The notes beneath the pieces were generated by a model. It made no database searches. It was given only the letters and a program-made list of their open reading frames with translations, and was not told the origin of the DNA. Source: Tubulanus polymorphus (Eukaryota > Animalia > Nemertea). Taken from it: a stretch of DNA of 64,000 nucleotides. The stretch covers positions 18,036,950 to 18,100,949 of the forward strand of contig NC_134029.1 in assembly GCF_964204645.1 (NCBI RefSeq), written 5' to 3'. Of this stretch, positions 62,801-64,000 are shown one piece after another. The position numbers and the translations under genes were made by a program. Numbering within the stretch: the stretch's first letter is position 1; every line of letters starts with the position of its first letter.

Positions 62801-63372
62801 CAACCCAAACCCGGGACGCCCGGATGCCGAGCTGCTGAAACTACTCGAAATCAGCCTGAAGAAAAACGACTTTAACTTCAACGAAAACACATATTTACAG
62901 GTAAAAGGTACCGCAATGGGTAAGCGTTTTGCTCCTTATGCCAATATCTTTGTAGCCGAATGGGAAAAAAAGAAGGTCTGTCCAGAAGCGAACTCCAACC
63001 ATCGCTATACGCTCAGTTCATCGACGACATCTACATGGTTTGGGAACACGGCCGCGAAACGTTGATGCAATTCATCGACGTCCTACAAACAGTGAGCCGA
63101 TCCATCAAACTCAAGTTCGAAATCAGCGACACCAGCATCAACTTCCTGGACGTAACCACTTTCAAAGGCCTGCGATTCGAGACAAGTGGCACAGTAGACA
63201 CCAAAGTCTACTTCAAACCAACCGATTGCACGATCACTACATCGACCTTCGTTTCACCCTAAGCACACATTTTCCGGTATAGGCCTAGTTAAAAGTCAAA
63301 TTCTCCGGTTCCGGCGCATCTGCTATAATGATTCGGACCTACACGCAGCGTCTGGAACCGTCCTTAAAGTAT
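59848..63372 (+). mobile_element. Penelope-like element B in partial tandem: 3' RT copy, SGNH ORF1, RT
   Basis: 59848-60135 is near-identical to 63080-63370; ORF1 ALTWARKNFG, IGDSNL, SFPGC, SVGINN, DGIHW; RT IVIKAADKGS, YLLPKIH, GRPIVS, TMDIHSLYTNIP, GTAMG, FIDDI, FLDV. Confidence 0.88.
61884..63262 (+). CDS. Penelope-like reverse transcriptase (frameshift near 62970)
   Basis: ORFs 61884-63065 and 62960-63262 carry the PLE RT motifs KAADKG, PKIH, GRPIVS, SLYTNIP, QVKGTAMG, FIDD, VYFKPT. Confidence 0.88.
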
Positions 63373-63671
63373 TTTCAGACACCAGTCGAAGCATGACAGG
63401 AGGTGCACTTTATCAGAAGATTAAAGGAAAAGACAGATTGGTTGCATATCACTCCAAGGTTCTTCCTAAAGCAGCTAAATCCTATTCCGTCAGTGAATTG
63501 GAATTGTATGGATTATGGTTAAACATTCTTGCATTTAAACATATTTTGAGATCAATTTCGTTTCATTGTTATGTCGATCATTCGTCATTGATATACATTT
63601 ACAGGTCGAAGAACCAACCACCTACGCTTAGGATGCAAAAGTTACTCGAACGTCTTTCACCATATTCATAA
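63372..63671 (+). pseudogene. Gypsy RNase H fragment
   Basis: FSDTS...GGALYQ...VAYHSK...YSVSELELYG...YVDHSSL. Confidence 0.8.
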
Positions 63672-63766
63672 ACAGCAAAGAAAAACATCGATGACTCCGG
63701 TATGTAATAGTCGCAATATCAAATCATCCATTGAAATATCTACTTATTATATTTCCCTAATTTTAG

Positions 63767-64000
63767 AAAACGTTATAACCAAGGACAATTGGCAACAAGT
63801 CCTTGGTTCGGACATTGCAAGGGACGTTGTGAAATTCCTCGGGGGCAAGATGTCGCGAATTACTATGCTGCAGTTCATGGCCGTCCGGTATCATCTGATA
63901 ACTTATATATGCTCCCAAAATCAACAGCGAGCTGGTGTAGTACACCATTTAACGGTATCAGATATCGAGAGACTTCGGCTCGTTGATTTCGATGGTGATC
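63767..64000 (+). CDS. Probable tyrosine-recombinase exon (Crypton-like), runs off the window
   Basis: Intron gt 63700...ag 63766 in a compatible phase; open frame FMAVRYHLITYICSQNQQRAGVVHHLTVSD resembles YR box I. Confidence 0.4.

Overview
AT-rich invertebrate (metazoan) genomic DNA; the species cannot be determined from sequence alone. Bases 55-44261 hold the 3' part of a spliced HERC2 E3 ubiquitin ligase gene on + (39 coding exons: CPH, ZZ, DOC, RLD2, RLD3, HECT). One 14.5-kb intron is filled by a ~1-kb satellite with a 2719-bp higher-order repeat and several inserted non-autonomous elements. Another intron holds a structurally complete but mutated DIRS1-type retrotransposon. Downstream of HERC2 is a nested transposon cluster: Gypsy LTRs, integrase and RNase H pieces, a MULE transposase, Penelope-like elements with an SGNH ORF1, and a probable tyrosine-recombinase exon. 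The most unusual object is a ~2.6-kb retroelement (53165-55753) inserted into the Gypsy integrase. It has 131-bp direct terminal repeats (CCAAT/TATA/AATAAA), a (TTA)n tail, a TTCAT target duplication, and a DIRS/hepadnavirus-like RT-RNase H ending NPADDATR. It shows no integrase, recombinase or endonuclease. All calls were made by eye; no database search was run.
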